From positions 1-64,000 of IMG/VR virus record IMGVR_UViG_3300020576_002361: DNA of 64,000 bases. One strand, 5' to 3'. A program made the translations under genes and the position numbers. The stretch comes from a virus. Taxonomy: Duplodnaviria > Caudoviricetes. Each line of letters starts with the position of its first letter. Position 1 is the stretch's first letter. A model generated the notes under the pieces. It did no database searches and was not told the origin of the DNA. It saw only the letters and a program-made list of their open reading frames with translations. Shown here piece after piece: positions 1 to 8,340 of the stretch.

Positions 1-75
1 CAAGGTCAGCAAGGCCAAGGTCAGCAAGGCCAAGGTCAGCAAGGCCAAGGTCAGCAAGGCCAAGGTCAGCAAGGC
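1..75 (+). repeat. Five perfect tandem copies of 15-bp CAAGGTCAGCAAGGC encoding (QGQQG)5
   Basis: Read directly; in frame within the vWA gene; may continue upstream of the window. Confidence 0.95.
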
Positions 76-1653
76 CAGTCTAATGGTCAAGGTCAGAAGA
101 CTCAACAGAACCCCACCGGAAAAGGTGCTCCTAGAAAGATTGTTGATGGCGAAGGCGGAAGATTTAATGGTGCCGCTGGCAGCACAGGTCGCAATGGCGT
201 CGGCAAGCCTATCTTCACTCAGAAGGCTGTCGAGGAAGCCAAAGCCAAGCTTGCTGCTCAAGGAACTGTTAGCAACACTCCTAGCTTTGCTAATATTCCT
301 ACAATCAATTCCGAGCAGGTCATTGCTAAGTGGGAAGATTTCTGGAAAGAAATGGACACAGAAACCAAGAACGGCACCGCATACGGTACCGCTTCGATGA
401 CCCCCGAAGATGGCTATTCTTACATCCAGAGGACTCACAAATCCTATATCATGAACCTTGTTCAGCAGTTCAACATGAGGAAAGCTGCTGATCAGGCTTC
501 CCGTGTAAAGATTTCCGATTCGGGTGTTATCAATGTCAATAAGTTGGCTTTCTATAAGCTGACGGATGATATCTTCAAGCGGAATCAGACCACGAAGGAC
601 GGCAAGAATCACGGCTTCGTGATGGTGATTGACTGGTCTGGCTCCATGCAGGGCATCGTGAAGGATATCGTCGAACAGGTTATTTGCCTTTGTATTTTCT
701 GTAAGCAAGTTGGCATCCCGTTTGAAGTCTATGCCTTCAGCGATAACAGCATTCCTGTTAGGAAGTTCAGCACTCTCCATCAAGCCAATGGGCTTGCTAA
801 GCCAGGTGCCTTTAAGACCAACGATATGTTTATCTCGGCTTTCTCCCTGATCAACTTCCTTTCTAGCAAGATGCCTAAGAGAGAGTTCCAGAAGAGAGCG
901 GGGGAAATCTTTAACATTGCCTGTGCCATGAGCAAGGGGCATAGCACTAAGGATGCTGCTCTTCCTAAGCGGACTGTTTCTACTGTTCCTTCTATTCTTG
1001 CCATGAACGGTACCCCGCTTGACGAAGCCATCGTGGCTCTCTACGACCTTGTTCCCAAGTTCCAGAAAGCCAATAACATCCAGATCGTGAATACCATGAT
1101 TCTGACCGATGGCGAAGGCTATTCTGGTATGACTAGAGGCAAGTATAACTCCGCTGGTAAGATTTCTTCCATGAATAGTCATCTGGTCATTTCTAATCCC
1201 AAGACGAAAACCAACACGGACATGACTACCTGTAATCTCAACTTCACTGGCTTCCTCGTTCAAGAGTTGAAGGAAGCTACTGGATGTAATACTATTGGAT
1301 ACTATCTCGTCGGGGACGCCAATAGTGCTAAGTATTGGATTGAATCTCATAGCGGAAAGAATGATAATACCAAGAAGATTGTGGCTGACCTCAATACCAA
1401 CTGCTGTGCCCGTATTTCTTCCTATGGCTACGACGCCTACTTTGTGTTGAACGCTGGAGCTATCAACGGCGGAAACTCTGTTCTTGACTTCGGCAATAAT
1501 ACCAACTTGGATGCTTCGGGAGCTACTAAGATCCTTGTCGATAATGCCATGAAGAACAAGAGCCGCAAGGTCTTCCTCAGTAATTTCATCTCCATCATCT
1601 CCAAGAACTTCACTGAAACGGACAAGAAGATGGTTGTGAAGAAGTCCCGCTAA
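1..1653 (+). CDS. CobT-like vWA-domain protein (5'-truncated; frame open from base 1, so the ORF-track start at 352 is internal)
   Basis: Frame 1 has no stop from 1 to 1650. MIDAS motif VIDWSGSM plus GTPLDEA and LTDGE motifs are typical of CobT-like vWA proteins of T4-like phages. A QG-rich linker lies upstream. Confidence 0.8.
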   Translation, partial: QGQQGQGQQGQGQQGQGQQGQGQQGQSNGQGQKTQQNPTGKGAPRKIVDGEGGRFNGAAGSTGRNGVGKPIFTQKAVEEAKAKLAAQGTVSNTPSFANIPTINSEQVIAKWEDFWKEMDTETKNGTAYGTASMTPEDGYSYIQRTHKSYIMNLVQQFNMRKAADQASRVKISDSGVINVNKLAFYKLTDDIFKRNQTTKDGKNHGFVMVIDWSGSMQGIVKDIVEQVICLCIFCKQVGIPFEVYAFSDNSIPVRKFSTLHQANGLAKPGAFKTNDMFISAFSLINFLSSKMPKREFQKRAGEIFNIACAMSKGHSTKDAALPKRTVSTVPSILAMNGTPLDEAIVALYDLVPKFQKANNIQIVNTMILTDGEGYSGMTRGKYNSAGKISSMNSHLVISNPKTKTNTDMTTCNLNFTGFLVQELKEATGCNTIGYYLVGDANSAKYWIESHSGKNDNTKKIVADLNTNCCARISSYGYDAYFVLNAGAINGGNSVLDFGNNTNLDASGATKILVDNAMKNKSRKVFLSNFISIISKNFTETDKKMVVKKSR

Positions 1654-1686
1654 TAACTAAAGAATAGGCTAATAACTAAAGAATAG
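1650..1686 (+). repeat. 18-bp direct duplication CTAATAACTAAAGAATAG spanning the stop codon
   Basis: Copies at 1650-1667 and 1669-1686. Confidence 0.9.
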
Positions 1687-1694
1687 TTTGTCAG

Positions 1695-1740
1695 GACCGG
1701 ACGAGGTTATCAATACCTCGTCCGGTCTTTTATTTTTATT
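1695..1740 (+). terminator. Rho-independent terminator
   Basis: 13-bp stem GACCGGACGAGGT/ACCTCGTCCGGTC, 7-nt loop, followed by a T-rich tract. Confidence 0.9.
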
Positions 1741-1781
1741 TTGTTTTCCATGTCCCAAGGACACGGAATTATTTGATCCAT

Positions 1782-1809
1782 TTGACACCAGATTTTCAGA
1801 GCATATAAT
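1782..1809 (+). promoter_or_regulatory. Early/middle-type promoter TTGACA-N16-TATAAT
   Basis: Member of a 13-copy motif family with an invariant 16-nt spacer. Confidence 0.7.
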
Positions 1810-1841
1810 CTATTCAGAAGTTTCAGAAACGATTGAAATCC

Positions 1842-1994
1842 ATGAAAATGACACTTACGAGGATAGTAGAACAGGACAACGGATTCATTGGTTTCCCTGC
1901 TGACGACGAGGATTTGGACAGGAGAAATATGGTATTCCAGATGTATGGATACCCCGGTCCTACTCAACCACCTCAAGGCGGAGGTAAGGTATGA
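1842..1994 (+). CDS. Small hypothetical protein (50 aa, MKMTLTRIVEQD...)
   Basis: Not in ORF track; downstream of promoter; stop overlaps next ATG (ATGA). Confidence 0.5.
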   Translation: MKMTLTRIVEQDNGFIGFPADDEDLDRRNMVFQMYGYPGPTQPPQGGGKV

Positions 1995-2890
1995 TACAGG
2001 AGATTCTAGACGAAGCCTTATACTACAGCCCGTTTCTAACCGGAAAACAGTTTGATGCTATTATATTAAAAGCTGCTCTAAAAACAGGATCGGATTCGAT
2101 ATCATTGAAATATGTTGAGCATATCCGAAATATCTTAGTAAATAACTTCTCCTGTGATTATTCAGAACTTACAAATAAAAGTTGTTTTTTGAACTATGAT
2201 TTCCTGAAAGGACGGGTGGACTTCTACGATATTCCTACTTTTGCGTATATAACACTCTATAATGGGCTTTCTGGTCCTCCTTATGTTGTTTCTACAACCA
2301 GTTTTAAGTTGAGAATAGATCATCGACTGCTCCCGAGGTTCTTAGAGCAATCTACCATAAATACAAATGAAGAATATAGGAACACGGTCCTCGAAGTACG
2401 AGGAAAGCATCCACCGGAAAAAAGAATAGTTTGCGGAAGAAGATTAGCGTTTGCTACAAAGCTGTGCCCAGATATAGTCGCTCGATCACCCACTAATGTA
2501 GAAACTGTTACTATGGAAACATACATATTTGATTTATCAAACAGCATAAACTATAATGATAGGCTACTTCTAATCCATATTAGGACTCCCACCGGAGTTT
2601 TCATCATGGAGATAAGCGATATTGATCCTACGAGTATATGGGTGGATAAAAAATTCTACGCAGACAATCCACAAATCCCAAATTTTATCGATTGGCTAAA
2701 AGAAGGACTGCTGGATAATATGACCATAGAGCAAGTCTATAATCATATAAGAAATAAACTATTCTATCCAGAGACAGAAGATGTTGACTCCGACTATTGT
2801 AAGTGTATCATATATACATGTAACAAACAAGAAATCATTCACTCTGAATCTTCTTCTATATCTATAAATCACGAAAATTGGTATATTTAG
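1991..2890 (+). CDS. Hypothetical protein (299 aa)
   Basis: Long ORF, SD GGAGG upstream; ends in TAG; no recognised motif. Confidence 0.7.
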   Translation: MIQEILDEALYYSPFLTGKQFDAIILKAALKTGSDSISLKYVEHIRNILVNNFSCDYSELTNKSCFLNYDFLKGRVDFYDIPTFAYITLYNGLSGPPYVVSTTSFKLRIDHRLLPRFLEQSTINTNEEYRNTVLEVRGKHPPEKRIVCGRRLAFATKLCPDIVARSPTNVETVTMETYIFDLSNSINYNDRLLLIHIRTPTGVFIMEISDIDPTSIWVDKKFYADNPQIPNFIDWLKEGLLDNMTIEQVYNHIRNKLFYPETEDVDSDYCKCIIYTCNKQEIIHSESSSISINHENWYI

Positions 2891-2963
2891 GGAATATGGT
2901 CCAAAAGGTCATAGGGCGCAGGCCTCATAAGCTTGAGATTCTGGTTCGATTCCAGATATTCCT
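2891..2963 (+). tRNA. tRNA-Met/Ile2 (CAT)
   Basis: Acceptor GGAATAT/ATATTCC, anticodon arm CAGGC-CT CAT AA-GCTTG, TTCGATT loop. Confidence 0.85.
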
Positions 2964-2968
2964 ATGTT

Positions 2969-3039
2969 GAGTTTGTAGTTCAGTGGCAGAACAGGAATCT
3001 CTAAAATTCTATGCGTGGGTCCGATTCCCACCAAACTCA
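2969..3039 (+). tRNA. Amber suppressor tRNA (anticodon CUA)
   Basis: Acceptor GAGTTTG/CAAACTC, D-stem GTTC/GAAC, anticodon arm GGAAT-CT CTA AA-ATTCT (CTA at 3001-3003), T-stem GTGGG/CCCAC with loop TCCGATT, A73. Confidence 0.85.
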
Positions 3040-3044
3040 TTATT

Positions 3045-3116
3045 GTCTTCTGAGCTTGTAAGGCTAAGCACCTGACTCTTAATCAGGAGAACAGAGTTCG
3101 ATTCTCTGAGGAGACA
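3045..3116 (+). tRNA. tRNA-Lys (CTT)
   Basis: Cloverleaf with CCTGA-CT CTT AA-TCAGG. Confidence 0.85.
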
Positions 3117-3142
3117 CTTTAACCCTTTATAGGAGGTATTAT

Positions 3143-3466
3143 ATGAGTTAGGAATATGTATACGTATTTGTTAGGAAAGACCTGAGTTATTCTCAAATTT
3201 GTGTTCAAGCAATCCATGCGGTTATTGAACATTGTAAGAACTTTTCTCCGTATGAGAATGTACACCCAAACGTGATTGTTTTCGAGATAGAGGATGAAAA
3301 ATCCTTAATATTAGAAATGAATAAACTATCAAACAAAGGGGTAGATCTGGTTCCTTTCTACGAACCGGATATAAACAACAGATTAACATCATTCGCATGT
3401 AAGACTGTTTCTGGATTAAACAGAAAGACATTTTCAAAATATAAGCTTTTAGGAGAAAAGAAATGA
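3143..3466 (+). CDS. Peptidyl-tRNA hydrolase type 2-like protein (107 codons) with in-frame TAG at codon 3
   Basis: SD AGGAGG at 3131-3136, then ATG AGT TAG GAA TAT GTA... The frame continues as YVFVRKDLSYSQICVQAIHA...FYEPDINNRLTSFA (PTH2-family VRKDL, Q-x-x-HA and EPD motifs). The ORF track catches only 3272-3466. Confidence 0.8.
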
Positions 3467-3948
3467 ACGATGTAAATGTAGGATGCGTAGAAATCGGTAC
3501 CGCTCACGAAGGTAAGTATGGTTTTTACTGCGTAGATAAGACTACTTGGAATAAGATAAAGGTTATTCGCAAGCATTTCTATAGAACTTTAACAAAGGCT
3601 CATGCTTGGCAAAGGTATTACTCTAAAGCTAAACACAACAGAAAAGGTATTGCTCCAGAGCTTTCTCCAGTCGACCTGGTCTTCTGCGAGCAGCTACCAA
3701 CATTCGAATACGTAAGAACCCCTTGGTTCCCTAAGAAATATCTTCAAACCCAAAAAAATCATGAAACCTATTTGAATGTGGATATTCGAATAGTGGAAAT
3801 CATGGAAGTGGCCAGGATGAACTGGGCAACCAAAGAAGTAGCTGAAAAGTTCTCTTTGACCAAGGTTCAGCTAGATTCTGGTCATATGTGTGGTATGGGA
3901 TATTATGTTAATATGATGTATGATAAGATAACACAAGCCTTAAGATAA
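3463..3948 (+). CDS. Hypothetical protein (161 aa)
   Basis: ORF coupled to the upstream stop (ATGA). Confidence 0.7.
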   Translation: MNDVNVGCVEIGTAHEGKYGFYCVDKTTWNKIKVIRKHFYRTLTKAHAWQRYYSKAKHNRKGIAPELSPVDLVFCEQLPTFEYVRTPWFPKKYLQTQKNHETYLNVDIRIVEIMEVARMNWATKEVAEKFSLTKVQLDSGHMCGMGYYVNMMYDKITQALR

Positions 3949-3985
3949 CCTTTATTCAGAAGCGATAGAAATATCGCTTCTTGAT

Positions 3986-4013
3986 TTGACTTTAGAGTTT
4001 AAGAGAGTATAAT
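3986..4013 (+). promoter_or_regulatory. Promoter TTGACT-N16-TATAAT
   Basis: Directly upstream of ATG 4019. Confidence 0.75.
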
Positions 4014-4018
4014 ATATT

Positions 4019-4579
4019 ATGAAACTCGATAGATTAGAGATTGAAAGATTACAGTCCAATTTAGAAGCTTCAAAGCAAAAGTTAGGAAGAGACCGAGCAG
4101 CCCTTAATGGACTCATTCTCGAAAGAACAAACGAAGTGGTGGGGGTGATAATTACTACTTTGGGGTATAAAGCATATGACAACAAGGGTAATATGCTTTT
4201 TGCTTTCTCGGTTAATTGTCATTGCCAAGAATGCTATGGTGGCGATCCTGATTATAATACGCATGATTGTATGTTCGATAATTTGGAGGGTGCTATAAAC
4301 GAGGGAATATATATTCTTTATAGCACCGGCTCCAAAAAATGGGACTCCTTGTCTACGGGAAAACATGATTATAAAAAATCTGGAATACCGAAAGAATTTC
4401 TATACATGGACGACGAAGATATAAAAGCACATCTAGAAAAACAAATACTGGCTTCCAAAATAACCCAAGAAAAGCGCAAAAAGACAACAGAAGGAAAAAA
4501 GCAGGAAAAAGAAAAAGTCAAGAAAGCTGCTTTGGCTAAACTGACTGATGAGGAAAAGAAGATTTTGGGAGTTAAATAA
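4019..4579 (+). CDS. Hypothetical protein with Lys-rich C-terminal motif
   Basis: ORF; ends AALAKLTDEEKKILGVK. Confidence 0.7.
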   Translation: MKLDRLEIERLQSNLEASKQKLGRDRAALNGLILERTNEVVGVIITTLGYKAYDNKGNMLFAFSVNCHCQECYGGDPDYNTHDCMFDNLEGAINEGIYILYSTGSKKWDSLSTGKHDYKKSGIPKEFLYMDDEDIKAHLEKQILASKITQEKRKKTTEGKKQEKEKVKKAALAKLTDEEKKILGVK

Positions 4580-4998
4580 TGTCCAGAAAAAAGAAACCTT
4601 TGTCCACTGTAGTACCAATTAGATTAGAAATTCCAAGTGAAGATTTTGATCCCGAAAATCCACAAAGAGCAGATTTGCGTACAGAATATATTACTATAGA
4701 GAATTTAATAAATTTCCTGGATAAAAAAGGAATTACGAAAGAGATGTACGGCTCTGTCACACTTACTATAGGAACAGAAAGATTCGGAGAACATTCTCAT
4801 CTACTCATAGAATATGATAAAACTTTAAGTCCAGAAGAAATCAAGGAATTGGAAAAGAGAGAAGAGGAAGAGGAAGAAAGAAAACTTAAGGAATCTGCGG
4901 AAAGAAAAAGGAAACTGGCTGAAAAGAAGAAAAAGAAGGAAGCCGTTATTTCTAAGCTTTCTAAGGAAGAAAAAGAATTGCTAGGAATTAAGCAATGA
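4579..4998 (+). CDS. Hypothetical protein with a related C-terminal motif
   Basis: ORF; ends AVISKLSKEEKELLGIKQ. Confidence 0.7.
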   Translation: MSRKKKPLSTVVPIRLEIPSEDFDPENPQRADLRTEYITIENLINFLDKKGITKEMYGSVTLTIGTERFGEHSHLLIEYDKTLSPEEIKELEKREEEEEERKLKESAERKRKLAEKKKKKEAVISKLSKEEKELLGIKQ

Positions 4999-5257
4999 TA
5001 TCCGAAGTCAGAAAAGGATTAAGAGAAGCCTGTAAAATGGCTCCTAAAATATTAGCAAAGTGGCCAGAATGGAAAATAAAAGTAGTAACTCGCCAAACTA
5101 CGACTCCGTGCAAGCCCTAAAAAATGCTGGTGTTGTCGTTAAGCCTATAGCAGAAAAAGTTCTTAACAAACTGGACTGGGGTATATGGAAAGCCGATATA
5201 GCAAGAAATACTATTGAAAATAAACCTTCTATTCTACAGAGACTAAGGAATTTGGTG

Positions 5258-5265
5258 TATAAATA
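5258..5265 (+). promoter_or_regulatory. T4-type late promoter TATAAATA
   Basis: Exact gp55 consensus 10 nt upstream of a tRNA. Confidence 0.65.
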
Positions 5266-5275
5266 GTATTGTTAT

Positions 5276-5346
5276 GCTTCAGTCGTATAGTGGTATTACG
5301 GTGGCTTTGTATCCCACCTACAGGCGTTCGATTCGCCTCTGAAGCT
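5276..5346 (+). tRNA. tRNA-Thr (TGT), with a C:C mismatch at the base of the anticodon stem
   Basis: Acceptor GCTTCAG/CTGAAGC, T-arm AGGCG-TTCGATT-CGCCT, loop TT TGT AT. Confidence 0.65.
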
Positions 5347-5349
5347 TTA

Positions 5350-5505
5350 CTCGCTTTGCGGGAACCGGGATCAGACCCGAGCATCGAAAGATTGGTGTCA
5401 AGGCCGCTCAAGCCGTTGCCAGGAGTAGATCAAGTACCTAGATAGAGCGACTATCTGAAATATTCTTTAACCCGAGAAGTTAAGGAAAGAAGTAGGATAG
5501 GACTT
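5350..5505 (+). ncRNA. Candidate structured ncRNA between tRNA-Thr and tRNA-Gly
   Basis: GC-richer non-coding stretch with hairpins ATC-GAAA-GAT, AGATAG-AGCGA-CTATCT and TTAAC-CCGAGAA-GTTAA. Confidence 0.35.
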
Positions 5506-5507
5506 TC

Positions 5508-5579
5508 GAAGCATTGAGTCATTGGCTGATTGCCTGCCTTCCAAGCAGGTTTAAGGGGGTTCGATTCCCCCATGCTTCT
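5508..5579 (+). tRNA. tRNA-Gly (TCC)
   Basis: GAAGCAT/ATGCTTC acceptor; CCTGC-CT TCC AA-GCAGG; U73. Confidence 0.85.
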
Positions 5580-5691
5580 TTACATTATGTTTATTCGACT
5601 TTAATATGGGAGAAGAGGTGATTACATTCACATAATTCAAATATAATAAACCACAAATAAATCATAATCAAACAAAAATTAAAGGAAATAT

Positions 5692-6678
5692 ATGACTAAT
5701 AAAACTCAAGAAATTAATACAATCGAAGACGCAATCAATAACTTTTCTAAAATCGTGGATTCCTATTCGGAATCTGTTCCAGCTATAAAGGAAACTACTC
5801 TAATTAATAGAGTGGACAATCTAGCTAAATCACCCATTCCTGCTCCTAGATCCAAGTCAGACATGGACCTATACATGAGAACAGCGGAAGCAAAGGGCAC
5901 CGCAATAGTAAACGGCATTAATGAAGTCATGGCTACTAAGCTAATGGCTCATTATCCTGTTTTATCGGAAGACATTCTAAAGCTGGAAAGACACTTAGTA
6001 TTGGGTAAGACCAAACCCGGTGCTAGTACATCTTTTGCTGGATTTAAGATTATCTCCGACTCGGCTAACAAGAAGGTCGCCGAAGAATTCTTAAACAAAC
6101 ATATTGAAACTAATACCCGAGAAGTTTCAAAAAAGGTTAACCTAAAGACAGGAAAAACCGAAGAAAAGGTAAAGGTCAAGAATAGACACGTTCATAGTTC
6201 CAAGGTCATTTCTGGACCACTGTTCCTGTGTGGACCAGTTGGTTCTGAAAGTTGCAACTTCTATTCCAAGAAAACTACAACAGGGAGTAGGTGGAATAGG
6301 CGTACCGTAACTACTTCCATCAAGACAAAGGTTCCTAATATTCCTGAGAACATTCTTCGTAAGGAAAAGATGGAATGCATGAACCATTACTATGAGATTT
6401 GTGCTGAAATCTATAAGGACAAGAAGCTGCATCCTTCCCTGGAAAACTATGTTCCGGAAACGCCTTCTTTCGAGATTATGTGGATTCCTACGGCTAACTC
6501 GATGGACGTTACATCCGAGGTCAAGTATAAGAGAATAGTAAAGGATCCTGTACTTCTCATGAATGTCTTTGGCCGTAAGTTTGTTGTGGCTAAGTGGGAT
6601 ATTAAGGACGAAGAGGAATATGACCATCTCGTTCGTGAGTTTACCGAAGGCAATATCGGTAAGATTTTGGATAAATAA
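5692..6678 (+). CDS. Hypothetical protein (328 aa)
   Basis: Long ORF with SD AAGGA. Confidence 0.75.
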   Translation: MTNKTQEINTIEDAINNFSKIVDSYSESVPAIKETTLINRVDNLAKSPIPAPRSKSDMDLYMRTAEAKGTAIVNGINEVMATKLMAHYPVLSEDILKLERHLVLGKTKPGASTSFAGFKIISDSANKKVAEEFLNKHIETNTREVSKKVNLKTGKTEEKVKVKNRHVHSSKVISGPLFLCGPVGSESCNFYSKKTTTGSRWNRRTVTTSIKTKVPNIPENILRKEKMECMNHYYEICAEIYKDKKLHPSLENYVPETPSFEIMWIPTANSMDVTSEVKYKRIVKDPVLLMNVFGRKFVVAKWDIKDEEEYDHLVREFTEGNIGKILDK

Positions 6679-6682
6679 TGAC

Positions 6683-6710
6683 TTGATTTGAGATTTTCGC
6701 AGCGTATGAT
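6683..6710 (+). promoter_or_regulatory. Promoter TTGATT-N16-TATGAT
   Basis: Variant of the motif family, upstream of the 6745 gene. Confidence 0.6.
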
Positions 6711-6744
6711 ATAACGTCATACGCTGTTTTCATTTGAGGGCACC

Positions 6745-6933
6745 ATGGACGATAAAACTAAGAAAGTATTACAAGCCTTAATAGATGCCGTAAGAGAATT
6801 GGAAATGCGAGACATGCCAAATATTCCAGGAGATATGGAACCATATGGACTTTATGAAGAAGATATTCTAGAGTTACGAGATTCTATAAACGAATCCATT
6901 AAGAAAGCTCAAGATGAACTGGATGGTGCATAA
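6745..6933 (+). CDS. Hypothetical protein (62 aa)
   Basis: ORF with SD GAGG; coupled to next gene. Confidence 0.6.
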   Translation: MDDKTKKVLQALIDAVRELEMRDMPNIPGDMEPYGLYEEDILELRDSINESIKKAQDELDGA

Positions 6934-7259
6934 TGATTAAAGAAATGCTAAACGCCAGAGAAGCAAAGTCTTTCTTGAAAAGACACGAATCTCTTGTGAA
7001 GATTATAAATGATATAGGATTTTGTGTATCCGATGACACAAATAACCACTTATATTCCTATGTCGTCTATCACTCCGCACACACGAACAATATACAAAAA
7101 TACATACAAGAAGAAATGACTTCAGGATACGCAAAAAAACCAGGACCATATGTTTACGCGTCGGACGAGAAAGAACTTGTATTGATAGTTAGAGGTTTAC
7201 TACTTACACACGGTAAAAACTTACATATGGACACGAATACTAACTTTTATGCGGAATAA
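6933..7259 (+). CDS. Hypothetical protein (108 aa)
   Basis: ORF in tightly packed operon. Confidence 0.6.
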   Translation: MIKEMLNAREAKSFLKRHESLVKIINDIGFCVSDDTNNHLYSYVVYHSAHTNNIQKYIQEEMTSGYAKKPGPYVYASDEKELVLIVRGLLLTHGKNLHMDTNTNFYAE

Positions 7260-7788
7260 GTATATGGCAAACATCACAAAAAACGAAGTATATGTTATCT
7301 ACGAGGAAAATAGCAGTGGTGGGGAATCCAAAAGCGATGAAGAATATTCCAGTCGTGAGGACACACACTGCTCCTTTGATGTGGAGGGGGTGTTCATTGG
7401 AGAAAATCAAGGCTATATATACACAGAAACCGTAAAGGTGGATTTTGATCCAGATAAGGTAACGGATGTATACGTTGTCTATGGCCGGTATACCACAGGC
7501 GATTCCTTTGGAACCACATACGGCAAAGGACATATTTCTGGCGTCTACGATACCTATGAGAAGGCCAAGAAAGCTAAGACTTTGTTAGAAGAAATTTATG
7601 GACTCTATCATATTAATTCATCGTTTTCTAGCAAGAAAAACAAACCGCTAAATGACAAGTTGCAGGAATGGTGCCAGCTAAACAATATAAAAGATGCGTC
7701 TGTATATTCAGTAGGTCCATGGCATGGATACTTTGAGAGCTTAGAAGAAATCAATATAGAGGTATTTCCCATAAAAAGGTATAAGTAA
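7249..7788 (+). CDS. Hypothetical phage protein (179 aa; likely start MANITK at 7264)
   Basis: ORF; contains YTTGDSFG motif. Confidence 0.65.
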   Translation: MRNKYMANITKNEVYVIYEENSSGGESKSDEEYSSREDTHCSFDVEGVFIGENQGYIYTETVKVDFDPDKVTDVYVVYGRYTTGDSFGTTYGKGHISGVYDTYEKAKKAKTLLEEIYGLYHINSSFSSKKNKPLNDKLQEWCQLNNIKDASVYSVGPWHGYFESLEEINIEVFPIKRYK

Positions 7789-7789
7789 A

Positions 7790-8071
7790 ATGTGCGTGTC
7801 ATATTGGTATGAAGGTAAAGAATATCATACCATCAAAGAAATACTGGAATTCATTCCTAGAGAATGTCTGGTTATCCACGATGATATAGTATACAATAAT
7901 ATAACAGATGATTCCTGTCTTTGTGCAGTAGATGCGTTTGCTACTGGTAAGAAAGTTGGAATACCCGTGGTTCAGACAGCTATGTGGTATCACTTCGGAG
8001 ACAGGGAATGTGCTATAGCCATTAAACAAGAAGAAAGCGAAGGGGAGCTTGGCTGGTATAGACGGGAATAA
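7790..8071 (+). CDS. Hypothetical protein (93 aa)
   Basis: ORF in operon. Confidence 0.55.
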   Translation: MCVSYWYEGKEYHTIKEILEFIPRECLVIHDDIVYNNITDDSCLCAVDAFATGKKVGIPVVQTAMWYHFGDRECAIAIKQEESEGELGWYRRE

Positions 8072-8261
8072 AGAACCAAAGGTGTTCTTGGCCGGTGCCG
8101 GGGGAATAGCCCACACTCCTATAAGTCTCTGTAAAGAGCAAAACGAGGGCATGGTTCAACACGATACTTTCTAGAGGGTATCGGAACCAGCGGGGGCGGT
8201 GTATGGAGAACACGCTCGGGGTTTAAGACCGAGAAGAATGGGTTCGAATCCCATCCCTTAG
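8072..8261 (+). ncRNA. Multi-hairpin non-coding element ending in a degenerate tRNA (8190-8261)
   Basis: Hairpins AAGAAC/GTTCTT and CGATACTTT/AGGGTATCG inside GGTTC/GAACC; then a D-arm, CTCGG/CCGAG stem with 9-nt loop, and ATGGG-TTCGAAT-CCCAT T-arm with a poor acceptor stem. Confidence 0.4.
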
Positions 8262-8289
8262 CTTTGGAAGAAAATTGCGAGAATCTGAC

Positions 8290-8317
8290 TTGACTTGATA
8301 TTTCTGACATATATAAT
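8290..8317 (+). promoter_or_regulatory. Promoter TTGACT-N16-TATAAT
   Basis: Upstream of tRNA-Asn. Confidence 0.75.
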
Positions 8318-8340
8318 ACTACATCAGAAGATTGACTATC

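Noticed and set aside
1-75. 15-bp tandem repeat as a CRISPR array or satellite
   Set aside because: There are no spacers, and it encodes an in-frame QGQQG linker.
83-400. Track ORF of 105 aa
   Set aside because: Alternative frame over the open vWA gene frame.
8190-8261. Possible ochre (UUA) suppressor tRNA
   Set aside because: The loop is 9 nt with ambiguous register and the acceptor stem is broken; TAA is the dominant stop in this genome.
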